A stretch of 64,000 nt of DNA from an uncultured Gemmatimonadaceae bacterium. GTDB lineage: Bacteria; Gemmatimonadota; Gemmatimonadetes; Gemmatimonadales; Gemmatimonadaceae. The stretch is from the NCBI GenBank assembly GCA_963822945.1, contig CAWGJO010000020.1, positions 832,001 through 896,000 of the forward strand, given 5' to 3'. Of the stretch, positions 42,280 through 53,327 are shown piece after piece. Below the pieces are notes generated by a model, which made no database searches, was not told where the DNA came from, and was given only the letters and a program-made list of their open reading frames with translations. A program made the translations under genes and the position numbers. Each line of letters opens with the position of its first letter. Within the stretch, counting starts at the first letter, position 1.

Positions 42280-43794
42280 ATGGGCGTCGTGATTCACCGC
42301 AAAGCACCGAAGGTCCCGGAACGACCTCGCCCTGAGCTGCCGAGGCCGACGCCGATCGCGCTGCAGCAGACGGCAGCCGCGGCGGTGCGCCGGCACATGC
42401 TCCGCGACATCCGGCGCGTGGCGACGCTGGCGGTGGCCGACGTGGCGACGCTCGCCGCGCTGAGAGCGCTGCTCCGGGCGGCGCGCGACGGGGGGGCGTT
42501 CGGCGCCTGGGTGGCCGGCGCGCTGGGCTACCTCGTTCCGAGCGGCACGCTGCCGACGGCGCAGTTCTTCCTGGCCATCCTGCTGGCGCTGACGGTGCTC
42601 GGGACCTACGGAGCCGGCGACCGGCGGCGCGCGGGAGGCCGGATCGTGCTCGCGTCGTTCATCGCGGTGGCGCCGATCTTCTGGAATACGCTCTGGACCG
42701 CGTTCGCCTGGCCGGTGCTCGGCGCGTACTTCCTCTGCTCCGGCGTGGCGGCGGCGGCGTTCGTGGCCGAGCGGTGGGGGGTGGACTGGGGCGTGCGGCT
42801 GGTGCGGCGCTCCACCGGCAATCGCCAGCGGACGCTGGTGGTCGGGCCCGCTGAAGCGGCCCGGCGCACGGCCAGGTACGGCACCGTGAATCGCGATCTG
42901 GGGTTGTCCGTGGTGGGGTTCATCGACCTGAACGACCAGCCGGCGCCCGACGCCATCGGGGGCCTCGGCCAGTTCGCCGAGGCCATCCACCGGAACCGCA
43001 TCGAGACGATCATCATCAATGGGGAACTGGAGCCCGACCGGTTCCGGGCGGTGTTGGAGATCGGCCGCAGCGCCGGCTGCCGCATCCTGTCGGTGCCGAG
43101 GAGCACCTCGGCGGGAATGGTGGTGCCCGAGGTGGTGTCGTACGGCGGGGTGCCCCTCATCCAGCTCACCAACCCGGGACTCACGGGACAGCAGCTCGCG
43201 CTCAAGCGGGTGGTGGACGTTCTGGTGGCTGTGCTCGGTCTCCTGCTCTTCTTCCCGGTGTTCCTGATGATCGGGGCGCTGATCAAGCTCGAGTCGCCGG
43301 GCCCGGTGCTCTTTCGCCAGATGCGCGTGGGGTTCAACGGGCGCGAGTTCCGCATCTTCAAGTTCCGCAGCATGGTGATCAACGCCGAAGCCCAGAAGGC
43401 CGATCTGTTCGATCTGTCGGCGTACCGCGACCGGCGGCTGTTCAAGGTGAAGGACGACCCCCGGGTGACGCGACTGGGCCGGTTCCTGCGGAAGTCGAGC
43501 CTGGACGAACTGCCGCAGCTCATCAACGTGCTGCGGGGAGAGATGTCGCTGGTGGGGCCGCGGCCCCCGCTGCCGCAGGAGGTGGCGCTGTACGAGGAGC
43601 ATCACTACGCGCGGTTCGCCATGAAGCCGGGGATCACCGGCCCGTGGCAGGTGGGCGGGCGGAACCGGATCACCGAATTCGACGAGGTGTTGCTGGTGGA
43701 GCAGGGCTACATGCGGGAGTGGAACATCTTCAAGGACGTCGCGATTCTGTTCCGCACCATTCCCGCCGTGCTGCGGGTGGACGAGGCCTACTGA
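42280..43794 (+). CDS. Priming polyprenyl glycosylphosphotransferase
   Basis: KRVVD, FKFRSM, DDPRVTRLGRFLRKSSLDELPQL, SLVGPRP, KPGITGPWQV. Confidence 0.95.
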   Translation: MGVVIHRKAPKVPERPRPELPRPTPIALQQTAAAAVRRHMLRDIRRVATLAVADVATLAALRALLRAARDGGAFGAWVAGALGYLVPSGTLPTAQFFLAILLALTVLGTYGAGDRRRAGGRIVLASFIAVAPIFWNTLWTAFAWPVLGAYFLCSGVAAAAFVAERWGVDWGVRLVRRSTGNRQRTLVVGPAEAARRTARYGTVNRDLGLSVVGFIDLNDQPAPDAIGGLGQFAEAIHRNRIETIIINGELEPDRFRAVLEIGRSAGCRILSVPRSTSAGMVVPEVVSYGGVPLIQLTNPGLTGQQLALKRVVDVLVAVLGLLLFFPVFLMIGALIKLESPGPVLFRQMRVGFNGREFRIFKFRSMVINAEAQKADLFDLSAYRDRRLFKVKDDPRVTRLGRFLRKSSLDELPQLINVLRGEMSLVGPRPPLPQEVALYEEHHYARFAMKPGITGPWQVGGRNRITEFDEVLLVEQGYMREWNIFKDVAILFRTIPAVLRVDEAY

Positions 43795-43800
43795 GCGGAC

Positions 43801-44568
43801 TCAGCGCCGCACCGGATTCGGGCCGAAGCGCAGGACCAGCGGCACCAGGCGCAGGGCGCGGAGATATCGGGGCACGAACCGGCGGGGCGACCAGAGGCAG
43901 CGGAGAAGCCAGCCGAGCATGAGCCGGTCGGCCCATACCGGGATGGCGGCCTGCTGGCCGGTGACGAAGGCGAGGGCGGCGCCGGTGCAGACGATGGCCG
44001 GCCGGTGGTCCAGCGAGTCGCGGAGCGCGAGGCCCAGCCGCTCCTGTACGCCGCCGGCGATGCAGAGGACCACGAACCGGGGCCGCCGCCGCCGGATGGC
44101 GGCCACCAGCGCAGGGTCCGAGACTGCCCCCGCATCGTAGCGTGGGGCCACGTAGGTATCGTCGGGGCCGGTGGGAACGTCGTGCGCGTTCAGCCACGCG
44201 AGATTCGCCGCGGCTTCGTGCTCCGACGGCATGACCCAGAACACGGCGTGCGGCCGGCGGAAATCGTCCGCGGCGAGAAGGGCGCGGATGAATTGCAGTC
44301 CGGAAATGCGGTTGATACGTTCGCCGGAGCGCAGGCGCCAGAGCAGCACCATGGCGCCGCTGTCGGTGAGGGCGACGTCGCTCTGTTCGAGTGCCCGGCG
44401 GTAGGCGTCGTCGCGATCGAGCTGCGCCAACCCCGGCCCGGAGGGCACGACGAACAGCCCGCCCCCGGCGGTGAGCGCGAGCAGCCGTTCGACCGATCCG
44501 ACGAAGAATCGGATGCCGAGGATGCGCGTGAAGTCCGGGTTGGTGGTGGGCGGCCGTTCGGTGGGCAT
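43801..44568 (-). CDS. WecB/TagA/CpsF glycosyltransferase (GT26)
   Basis: [40 protein letters not shown]. Confidence 0.85.
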   Translation of the reverse strand: MPTERPPTTNPDFTRILGIRFFVGSVERLLALTAGGGLFVVPSGPGLAQLDRDDAYRRALEQSDVALTDSGAMVLLWRLRSGERINRISGLQFIRALLAADDFRRPHAVFWVMPSEHEAAANLAWLNAHDVPTGPDDTYVAPRYDAGAVSDPALVAAIRRRRPRFVVLCIAGGVQERLGLALRDSLDHRPAIVCTGAALAFVTGQQAAIPVWADRLMLGWLLRCLWSPRRFVPRYLRALRLVPLVLRFGPNPVRR

Positions 44569-44604
44569 GTCGCGGGGAATGAGAACTCGGAGCAGATTCC
44601 GCTG

Positions 44605-45708
44605 ATGGAAAAGAACGCGAAAATCTACGTCGCCGGCCACCTCGGGCTGGTCGGCTCGGCGCTGGTGCGGCGATTGGCCGCCCAGGGGTTCGACAATCTG
44701 GTGGTCCGGTCGCGGAAGGAACTGGACCTGTTGGATGCGGGGGCGGTGACCGCGTTCTTCGAGCGGGAGCGTCCCGAATACGTGTTTCTGGCGGCGGCCA
44801 GGGTGGGCGGGATCATGGCCAACAGCCAGTATCCGGCCGACTTCATCCGGGAGAACCTCGGCGTGCAGTTGAACGCCATCGACGCCGCGTACCGCAACGG
44901 CGTGAAGAAGCTGCTGTTCCTGGGGAGTTCGTGCATCTACCCCCGGATGGCGCCGCAGCCGATCCGCGAGGAGTACCTGTTGACGGGAGAGCTGGAGCCG
45001 ACCAACGAGCCGTATGCGGTGGCCAAGATCGCGGGCATCAAGCTGTGCCAGAGTTACAACCGGCAGTACGGCACGAACTTCGTGAGCGTGATGCCGACCA
45101 ACCTGTACGGCCCGGGCGACAACTTCGACCTGTCCACCAGCCACGTGCTGCCGGCGCTGCTGCGCAGGTTCCACGATGCCAAGGTGCAGGGGAAGGCCGA
45201 GGTGGTGGTGTGGGGATCGGGGCGGCCGCGGCGCGAGTTCCTGTACGTGGACGACATGGCCGATGCGTGCATCTTCGTGATGCAGCGGCACGACGGGTCG
45301 GAGATCGTGAACATCGGGTGCGGGGAGGACATCCCGATCGGCGAACTGGCGCAGTTGATCGCGGAGGTGGTGGGGTACCGGGGGAAGCTCGTGTTCGACG
45401 CCTCGAAGCCCGACGGCACGCCGCGCAAGCTGCTCGAGGTGAGCCGGCTCCGGGGGCTCGGCTGGGCGCCGACGCTCGAGTTGGCGGAAGGCATCCGGAG
45501 AACGTACGCCTGGTTCCTGGAGCACCAGGCGGACGGATGCGGCAGGCGCTACGGGGTAGTGCGTTCGAAGAGGAAGTCCGCCTGGACCGGCGCGTCGCCG
45601 TCGCGTGCGCGTGCCGTGTTGTACTCCCCACGCAGCACGAAGCCCCGATCGCTCAGCCATGCGACGACGTCGGCGGCGAGGGCCTGCCCCTGGTACAGCT
45701 CCAGGTAG
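44605..45708 (+). CDS. fcl: GDP-L-fucose synthase; conserved part ends ~45530, extended C-terminus doubtful
   Basis: [53 protein letters not shown]. Confidence 0.93.
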   Translation: MEKNAKIYVAGHLGLVGSALVRRLAAQGFDNLVVRSRKELDLLDAGAVTAFFERERPEYVFLAAARVGGIMANSQYPADFIRENLGVQLNAIDAAYRNGVKKLLFLGSSCIYPRMAPQPIREEYLLTGELEPTNEPYAVAKIAGIKLCQSYNRQYGTNFVSVMPTNLYGPGDNFDLSTSHVLPALLRRFHDAKVQGKAEVVVWGSGRPRREFLYVDDMADACIFVMQRHDGSEIVNIGCGEDIPIGELAQLIAEVVGYRGKLVFDASKPDGTPRKLLEVSRLRGLGWAPTLELAEGIRRTYAWFLEHQADGCGRRYGVVRSKRKSAWTGASPSRARAVLYSPRSTKPRSLSHATTSAARACPWYSSR

Positions 45709-46288
45709 GAACATTCGACGTAGACCCATCGGAACAGCGGCAGGCGGTCTTCGCAGGCCGTGAGCGCCGGCAGCTCGAAGCCCTGGACGTCGAGCTTGAG
45801 CAGGGCGGGTGGCTGGACGGCTTCGGTTGGGAGGTACGCCGAGAGCGGTCCGACGGCGACCGTCGTGGTGCCGACTTCGTCCGTGCCGGGGAAGACCTCG
45901 TTCTGCGCGGCGGCAATCGGGAGGAGCGACGAGGAGTCGTCCCTTCGGGAAATGTGGATGGTGGTGGTGCCCGTCGTCGGGGCCGACGGCGGTTTCGTGG
46001 AGCGCGGCGCGCTGCATCCGTCGCGAAGACGGATCGATACACCGCCGCCGGGTCCGGCAGGGGTTCGAAGGAGAAGATGCGCGCGCGGGGGAAGCAGTAG
46101 CGGGCGGCGAGGGCGAACTGGCCGCGGTTGGCGCCGATATCGACGACTGTGCGGACGGGCGCGAGCTGTCGGAGCACCGGCAGGTGTTCGGCGCCCATCG
46201 CGGTGCGATCGCGAAAGAAGGCGCGTCGCAGCGATGACGAAGTGAGAATGCGGGCGAACTTGCGCGCCCTGCGGATCAGGTTGGCGAT
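45549..46288 (-). CDS. FkbM-family methyltransferase; start uncertain, frameshifted
   Basis: [37 protein letters not shown] across frames. Confidence 0.82.
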
Positions 46289-47489
46289 GGCTTCGTCCCC
46301 GGGTGAGCGACGCGGTGCCGCTCGATCACCGCTTCGTATTCGCGGGTGAGTGCTTCGACGACCAGCGGCCACGTGTACCGCTGCTGGACCAGGCGACGGC
46401 CTGCCTGGCCCATGGTACGGCGCCGTTCGACATCGCCGAGGAGCGTGTGGAGCGCGTTGGCGACCTCTGCAGCATCGCAGCGCGTCACGACGCCGGCGCC
46501 GGCGTGCGCCACTTCGGCGTGGATGTTCACCTGGTCGGAGATAACGACCGGCAGTCCACAGGCCATGGCCTCGGCCACCGTCATGCCGAAGTTCTCGGTA
46601 TAAGAAGGAAGGGCGAAGACGTCGGCGTCGACGTAGGCCTGGACGACGTCGTCTCCGGTGAGCATGCCGACGAAGTGGACGGCCTGGTCGAGTCCACGTT
46701 CACGCACCCAGCCGCGGACCTTCGCGCCGTAGTCGTCGTTCTCGGGGCCGGCGATGACGAGCTGCGCGTCCGGCAGTTCACGGCGGAGGGCATCGAATGC
46801 CGGGATGAGAAGGTCGAGTCCCTTCTTGAAGTGAAGGCGGCCGAGGAAGAGCACCACGGGTTCGTCGTGCAGGCCCCACCGTGTGCGGAGCGCGCCGCGC
46901 GGCGGGAGCGTGCGGTAGCGCTCCCAGTCGATGCCGTTCGGAACCACGAATGACGGTGCGCGCAGGTTCAATGGGGCGGCGCGCTCGCGCTCTTCTTCGG
47001 CGGTGTAGTGGATTGCGCCGGCGGCGTTGCAGGTTGGGAAAGTCGAACCAGCGTTCGTAGATGCGTTTGAGCAGGAGGCTGCGGGAGCTTCGCGTGTACA
47101 GGTAGGGATCGAGCGCGCCGTGGGGCTGGATGACGATAGGGCACCGCAGCAGTCGAGCTCTGATGGCAGCGTACGTGACGGGAAAGCGGTACAGGCCGTG
47201 GACGTGAACGATGTCAAACCGCCGATGCGTCCGGTCGATGTACGATGCGGAGTTGATGGGAGAAGAGCAGCGGCCTGAATTGGGTCGGGAAGTAATGGAA
47301 GCGGCACCACCAACGTCGATGCGGTCGATCGGTCGGCACATCGAGCGTGCCCGTAGGGACCTCGATGTTCGTCGTCGCGACTTCGACGTCGAACCCGACC
47401 GCAACCTGCGCAGCGACCAAATCGAGCAGCACTGCCTGAGGGCCACCGAGTCTGCGCGACATGGCCTGGATAGCATGCAGTATTCGCAC
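46276..47489 (-). CDS. GT4 glycosyltransferase; frameshifted
   Basis: MRILHAI...GGP, VHVHG, PHGAL, VPNGID, FLGRLHFKKG, ENFGMTVAEAMACGLPV. Confidence 0.9.
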
Positions 47490-47514
47490 GGCCGCTCAGC
47501 CTTGGTTTGCGCAG

Positions 47515-48611
47515 TTAACAGCCATGTGCTTTGGGTTGCTCGCCAGTCCGCACATTGGGACCCAAGGCGCTCGCGACCTCACGCACGACACTCTCCACGT
47601 GAATGGAATCAATGCACATCTTGCTGTAGCGGGAGCAGACATCTAGGCGGCAGCCTTGGCAAGGTACGTCGGCGTATAGCACACGATGAAGGCGTCGTGC
47701 AGGAACCATTCGCCAGGCAAGTTTCTGGAACTGAAGATCGCGATGCATGTGGTACCAACGGCTGCCGCCAAGTGCATGGGGCCGCTGTCGTGCCCGACAA
47801 AGAGTCGGGCAGATTCAAAAACTGTGCCGACTCGCGCACGGACAAGGAACCGCACAGGTTCAATTTCGGCCCCGGCCAAGACGAGAGTAGACGCTCGGAT
47901 CGTTCATGTTCTATGGCCGCTCCAACTGCAACCAGGGACCAGCCTGAGAGTTGCGTTTGTATGCGGCGGAGGAATTCCGACCAGTTCGAATCTCCCCAGT
48001 CGTTGACATCGTATTTCGTACCGATGCTGATGGCGAGACTCTGCCCAGGGCTAGAAAGGGACCTAGAGCCGTCCTGCCAGCCTCTCGCTCACGCTCGCCT
48101 AGGCGCAGGTCGAAGGCGCTCAGCGTGGCGAGAGTCCATTTGGCCAATTGAGTGGAGACATCGCAACAGCCGGGCGCCCTCGAACTTCAAAAGTCCCGTC
48201 GGGAAGTCGCAAGCGGCGCTGAAGGTTGCGTGCGTATGGTACGCCGGTCAGCCGACGAACGCCGCAGAAGCGAAAGAAGGCGGCATCGCGAAGGGTATTA
48301 GTCGACCACGGGGCTCGGCAAGGTAGACCAACAGATCAGGCCGGAATGCACGGATCGCGCGTCGCAACTGCATGAGTACTGCGAGGGGCTCGTATACCGA
48401 CCGGGTACTGGATGTATCCGTGTACGAGGCCGGAGCCCGCGAGGATCTGTGAAGCCGACGCCATCCTCGCACCCGTGGGTACCTGGGTGAGGAGTCTCCG
48501 CTCAGCACGGGGATAGGTTCTTGCGACAAGGTGGAGGGCTGGCAACGCGGCGATCGTATCACCGATCGATCCAAGTCGGAAGATGAGAACCCGCTCCACT
48601 GCCGGCGTCAT
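47515..48611 (-). CDS. GT9 (heptosyltransferase-like) glycosyltransferase; several frameshifts
   Basis: RVLIFRLGSIGDTIAALPAL at the N-terminus; FVGHDSGPMHLAAAVGT; Cys-rich C-terminus. Confidence 0.8.
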
Positions 48612-50113
48612 AGCCGGCCAGTCTTCCCGCTGTGAACCGAAGGAGGTAGGACGGGCACCAGATGGTCCCTGAATAGCCGAAAACGAGGGCCGCGCCCGAG
48701 TAGCCAGAAGGTGAGGAAGAACACTGGCAACGCACGAATGACCAACCCGACGTACTGAGCCATATCGCCTTGGCTTGCGTAGACTATCACGAACTCGCAT
48801 AGGACGAAGACGCCGAAGACATTCTGATAGAGTTGCCAGGCGAACTTCTTGAGCGCAATGAACACCGCGAGGAATGCGAAGAACGGGATCACGGCAACGC
48901 CGAGGAATCCATAGGCTGCAAACGCCTGCCCCGCGAGTGGCAGTGTAGGGTACTTCCCCCCTGCGGGGTCGACGAGACCGAAGTGCACCAAGATCGAGTA
49001 CGCATCGCTGAAGTTCGGCTTGTTCGGATAGAACATGCTCGGCACTTGACGAAAGAATGCAGGCCAAATGGCAGCGCTGCCCATCGGACCCTGAATTCTG
49101 GTCTGTGCGATCACGGGGTCGATCTGTTGCACAGATGCATAACGGCCCAGCAGCATCTGTCCGCGGCCCACTCCGCCAAAGTAGTTGTAATAGCCTCCGC
49201 GAAAGTCCAGCCTCGCCAACGTCTCATACCGCTGGAAGCCGGCTCCGTTCATCAAATCAGCGAGGTTCCGTTGCATGAGCGTGACGCGCTCTGCCGTTGG
49301 CATCCTCTGAATCCCGAGATGCCGCCACGCCTGGATCAAGGGGGTAACCACGGTGACAAAGACCGCGACACCAGCTACGAGTACAACCAGATGACGGGTC
49401 GGTAGGCCGCGCCGGAAGAACAGAATTGTGGCAAAATAGCTCACCACAGGATAGGCGGCATATGTCTTCGAGTTCGTCAGGAGCCCTAGTGCTACACTCA
49501 CGCTGAGAATTAGGACAAGCCGCGAGTCGATGGATCGTCGGAAGTAGGTGCGTTTGAGGATCAAGGCTGTTTGCGCGATCACCGCCATGAGAAGCAGATC
49601 GCGGAACACTGCAAAACCGCCGAAGCCAGATCCACCAGGATCCTGAAAGTGCTGATTGAGAAACCAGAATCCCACGCCGAAGATGAAGCTACCCCATGAC
49701 AACCAGGCCAGTGCGCGAGCGTCAGTTACGCGTGCGAGCGCCGGATGGCCGACGTCCAAGTGTGCTACAAGGAGCAGGGCCGCAAGAAGCTCGGTCGTGG
49801 TTGCGGCCAGAACGGCAAAAGACAGCACAGGCGCGTAGAGATGGCTGTCCAGCGGCTGTCCCATTAAGGTCTTCGCAACCAAAGGGACCAGAACATTGCC
49901 CGCCATGTAGATCAGGGCGAACCAGGCGCCGATCGTGTATGCGCCCTGGATGACGAAAGCAAACAATCCGGCACCAACAGCAATCATCGCGAAGAGAATC
50001 ACCACGACTGAAGCGCCGAGATAGAATTGTACGACCGCGGCTGACAAAGCAAGGAGGCCAAGCGCAAGCCCAACTGGTCTAGCGGCGAGGACAGGAGGTT
50101 TCCCGGCACTCAC
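48608..50113 (-). CDS. Polytopic membrane protein, putative Wzy polymerase
   Basis: About 10-12 TM segments with a large late loop, within a wzx/wzc cluster; assigned by topology and context. Confidence 0.6.
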   Translation of the reverse strand: MSAGKPPVLAARPVGLALGLLALSAAVVQFYLGASVVVILFAMIAVGAGLFAFVIQGAYTIGAWFALIYMAGNVLVPLVAKTLMGQPLDSHLYAPVLSFAVLAATTTELLAALLLVAHLDVGHPALARVTDARALAWLSWGSFIFGVGFWFLNQHFQDPGGSGFGGFAVFRDLLLMAVIAQTALILKRTYFRRSIDSRLVLILSVSVALGLLTNSKTYAAYPVVSYFATILFFRRGLPTRHLVVLVAGVAVFVTVVTPLIQAWRHLGIQRMPTAERVTLMQRNLADLMNGAGFQRYETLARLDFRGGYYNYFGGVGRGQMLLGRYASVQQIDPVIAQTRIQGPMGSAAIWPAFFRQVPSMFYPNKPNFSDAYSILVHFGLVDPAGGKYPTLPLAGQAFAAYGFLGVAVIPFFAFLAVFIALKKFAWQLYQNVFGVFVLCEFVIVYASQGDMAQYVGLVIRALPVFFLTFWLLGRGPRFRLFRDHLVPVLPPSVHSGKTGRL

Positions 50114-51143
50114 AGTGAAACCTTGGCGTAAGAGAGGGCCGTATCGACAAGCGAAGCCAGAACCACTTCGTTGTAGTTGCCGTTACGAAGTACTCGTGCG
50201 TGTCCGCCCGCAGCTATCCGGAGTCGGCGGGGTTCGTCGGCCAGCAATTCAAGGCAAACAGCTGCGCACTCGTCGACATCGGACCAGAATATTGCTTCGT
50301 CTCCCTCGTGGTATAGGTAGGCGTGTTCGCTCGTGCGCAGCGCACACAGCAATCCACCCAATGCGGGGATTTCTAGACTCCGCGTGGTGTGGAGATCACC
50401 AACCCGTGTGCTCACAAGTCCGAGGCACACCTTAGCTGACTGAATCGCGGCAGCATACGCGTCATCGTCAAGGAGCGCAGGCCCGCGCCAATAGGGTCGC
50501 AGGGTTTTCCATTGAGGCGCCTTGGGCCAACGATCCCCCCAGATCGACAGCGGAACACCACGCTCTACAAGGCCCTCCAATAGTGGGCCGCGCTCTGGCA
50601 TCCAGGTACCCACAAATGCCACCTCGCTTGCGTACGCCCGGTATTGCTGATCTGTAAGGCTACGCGGACGGTGCGCGACTTCATCGGCGCTCCTCCAAAC
50701 GCGAACAACGTGCCGGGCCCCGGCATCATGTGCTTCTCCGATATTCGACGTCCGGACCACGGCCAATAGGTCAACGTCAGGCAGAGCTCGGCGATACCGG
50801 CTGAACCGTCGGTAGTGGAGGTGGCTGAAAGGATTATCAATCGTGTAGTTGACGACCGGTCTTTGCAGGCGGCGTAGTTGCCGCACCAAGCCCCGGCCAA
50901 GAAACGGTCCTTGATCAATCCAGATCAAGTCGGGTTTGGCGTCTGAGACTTGTCGGAAAATGCCGTTGTCGATGACCAGGCCAACTCCAACTCCCCCTGC
51001 GTGCCACAACCATCTCTCAACCCATCGCGAGCGCGGAAGCCACGACCATGGGTCGACGATCGTCACCTATGGCCGAGTCGCTCGAGCGCACGAGCCCGGT
51101 GCAACGATGTGCCGTATGCCGGACCAACATACGAGATGCGCAT
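50110..51143 (-). CDS. CgeB-like glycosyltransferase; frameshift ~51065
   Basis: MRISY...RARALERLGH, VAFVGTWMPER, DLHTTRSLEIPALGG. Confidence 0.82.
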
Positions 51144-51148
51144 GATGG

Positions 51149-51898
51149 CTATACCCGACGGGTAACGCCTAGGAGGTTCTGGGTGTATACAGCTGCAGGA
51201 TCCCAGCAACCGGTTTCGACCGCCACATAGAACATCAGCGCGCGGCGAATCAGCCACCATGCGGCCGCCCGGAATGCGCTAACCGGGCCGTGCACCACGG
51301 GGGCGTCCTCAAAGCACACGGTTGCTGAAAATCCGCCTGCCCGCAACACCTGAGAAAGCGCGACACGAGTGAACGCCATTTCATGCGTGAAATCCCAATA
51401 CCGCATGCGTGAACCAAACGGCCCCTCCGCATTGGGCACATGCACGATCCAGAGTCCCCCGGCCGCAATACACGATGCACCTGATCCACCAGCGGCAGTA
51501 GCTCCTCTTTCGCAAAATGCTCGATCAGATCGAACGCCACCACGACGTCCAGTGATGCGTGCCCGTGCCGGCGAGGGTCTCCATGACATCGCCTTCGGAC
51601 ACCCCCTCAATTCCCAGCCGCCCGGCCGCCGCAACCTGTTCGGGCGAGGCATCAACGCCCGTGGCGTTTACGATACCCCGCCGCCTGGAGCACATACAAG
51701 AGCGCGCCATGCCCGCAGCCGAGGTCGAGAATTCTCGCACTGCGATCAGCCGGAAAATGCCGCCGCACCAACGCACGGCAAGTACGGAAGCCGCGGACGC
51801 AGCCCACCGACGGTCTCGGGCGCCAACGGCTGCTCCCGTCCCGTCACGTAGGCGCCATAGATCCGGCGGCGATACTCTGCGCGTGGGTCAGTGGTCAC
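51149..51898 (-). CDS. Class I SAM-dependent methyltransferase; frameshifted
   Basis: LDLGCG, GVDASPEQV, AFDLIEH, RVLRPG, HVPNAEGPFG, DFTHEMAFT across frames. Confidence 0.82.
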
Positions 51899-53264
51899 GA
51901 GCGGCGCTCCTTACCAATCCGAAGAGAGGCCCAGGGTCGAACGCGGCCAGGAGGCTGCTGCCGGGCTTTCCGGCGCCGAGCCTCGCGGCGGCCGGGAGAC
52001 TGAACAGAATCATTATGAGGTCGATCAACACGAGCGCCATACCCGCCGACGCGAGCCGTCCCGTGAAGTGGAGGAGAACGGCGGCAAGCACGACGGTGAT
52101 GCCGGTGACGAGTGCGTACAACGAGGCGGCGCGGACGTGACGATTGGCGGCCTTCAATGCGGTGAGCGAGGTGAACCAGAGCGCACTCAGCACTCCGCTG
52201 AGCAGCAGCCAGCGGAACAGTGACGCGTTCATCGTGACCTTGCCACGCGTCCAGAAGGTGAGCAGCGGCGCACCGACCACCGCCAGAACCGCCGCCGCCG
52301 CACAGGAGAGCCAGATGCCGGCGCGCAGCGCGTGCACGTACAAGTCGGCCAGAAGCAGTCGCTCGCCCGAACCGTACGCCGCCGCCAATTCCGGCTCGGC
52401 GGCCTGGCTGACCGTCATGACGGCCTGAAGCGCAACGCGTGTCAGCGTGCGCAGTGTGGAGAACGTGACGACGGCCAAGGGGCCCAGCGTACCGCCGATG
52501 GCCAGGACCATGCCCTGCACGTTGAGCGCCTGGGCGAGCGGCATCGAGACGTTCGCGAATGCGGGCTTCACCAACATCCGTAGATGTCGCGCGCTTTCGC
52601 GTGCGTCAGGCCGAACGACAACTCGGGATGGCGGTGGACCAACAACCAGGCGACGATCGGGGCCTCGAGTATTCGAACGACGAGAATCGCCGCCGCCGCG
52701 AACACGGGGCCGAACCCTGCAGCCGCCACGATCCAGACCATCGCCGACTGGGCAAGCAGCGTCGAGTAGAAGATCCCCACGTGCAATGCATAGTCTCCCG
52801 TGGAACGATACCCCGCGTGGCTCACGCCTTCGGTGAGGCGGGCCAGTACTTCCGCGGCCAACAGCGCCAGCACCCACCGAACGTCCCCGGACGACAGCAC
52901 CTGAAAATGCATCCAGTGGCCGATCGGAAGCGCGATCAGCAGGGCCAGCACCACGAGCAGGCCGAGCAAGTGCCACGCTGAACACCATGGCGCCGAGACT
53001 CTGAAATACCGCCAGCGCACCCTCGACGTCGCCGCGCGCCACGCGCTGGGTCATGTCGTTGGCCGCCGACTGCGAGAACCCGAGATCGGTCATCGACAGG
53101 TAAGTCGGGATCGCCGAGAGAATGAGCCACTCACCGTAGAGCTGCGTGCCCCAGTAATGCAGCAGCACCGGGACGCCGACGAGCTGGATGAGCACGACGA
53201 TGGCCTGGCCATAGATGTGTGCGCCAAAGCCATTCCGCCAACGGCGAAGTACGTGCTTGTCCAT
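51888..53264 (-). CDS. Wzx-type polysaccharide flippase; frameshifted
   Basis: VPVLLHYWGTQLYGEWLIL...DLGF; many TM helices. Confidence 0.85.
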   Translation of the reverse strand: MDKHVLRRWRNGFGAHIYGQAIVVLIQLVGVPVLLHYWGTQLYGEWLILSAIPTYLSMTDLGFSQSAANDMTQRVARGDVEGALAVFQSLGAMVFSVALARPARGAGPADRASDRPLDAFSGAVVRGRSVGAGAVGRGSTGPPHRRREPRGVSFHGRLCIARGDLLLDAACPVGDGLDRGGCRVRPRVRGGGDSRRSNTRGPDRRLVVGPPPSRVVVRPDARESARHLRMLVKPAFANVSMPLAQALNVQGMVLAIGGTLGPLAVVTFSTLRTLTRVALQAVMTVSQAAEPELAAAYGSGERLLLADLYVHALRAGIWLSCAAAAVLAVVGAPLLTFWTRGKVTMNASLFRWLLLSGVLSALWFTSLTALKAANRHVRAASLYALVTGITVVLAAVLLHFTGRLASAGMALVLIDLIMILFSLPAAARLGAGKPGSSLLAAFDPGPLFGLVRSAARDH

Positions 53265-53327
53265 GTGACCCTGGTGTCAGTTCACGACGAATGCGCGCGG
53301 CACGGCGGCTAACGGCGAGGTGGGTTC

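Noticed and set aside
43801..46017. 738-aa minus-strand ORF
   Set aside because: Only the last ~255 codons (from ATG 44568) are TagA-like; the rest is mostly antisense to fcl.
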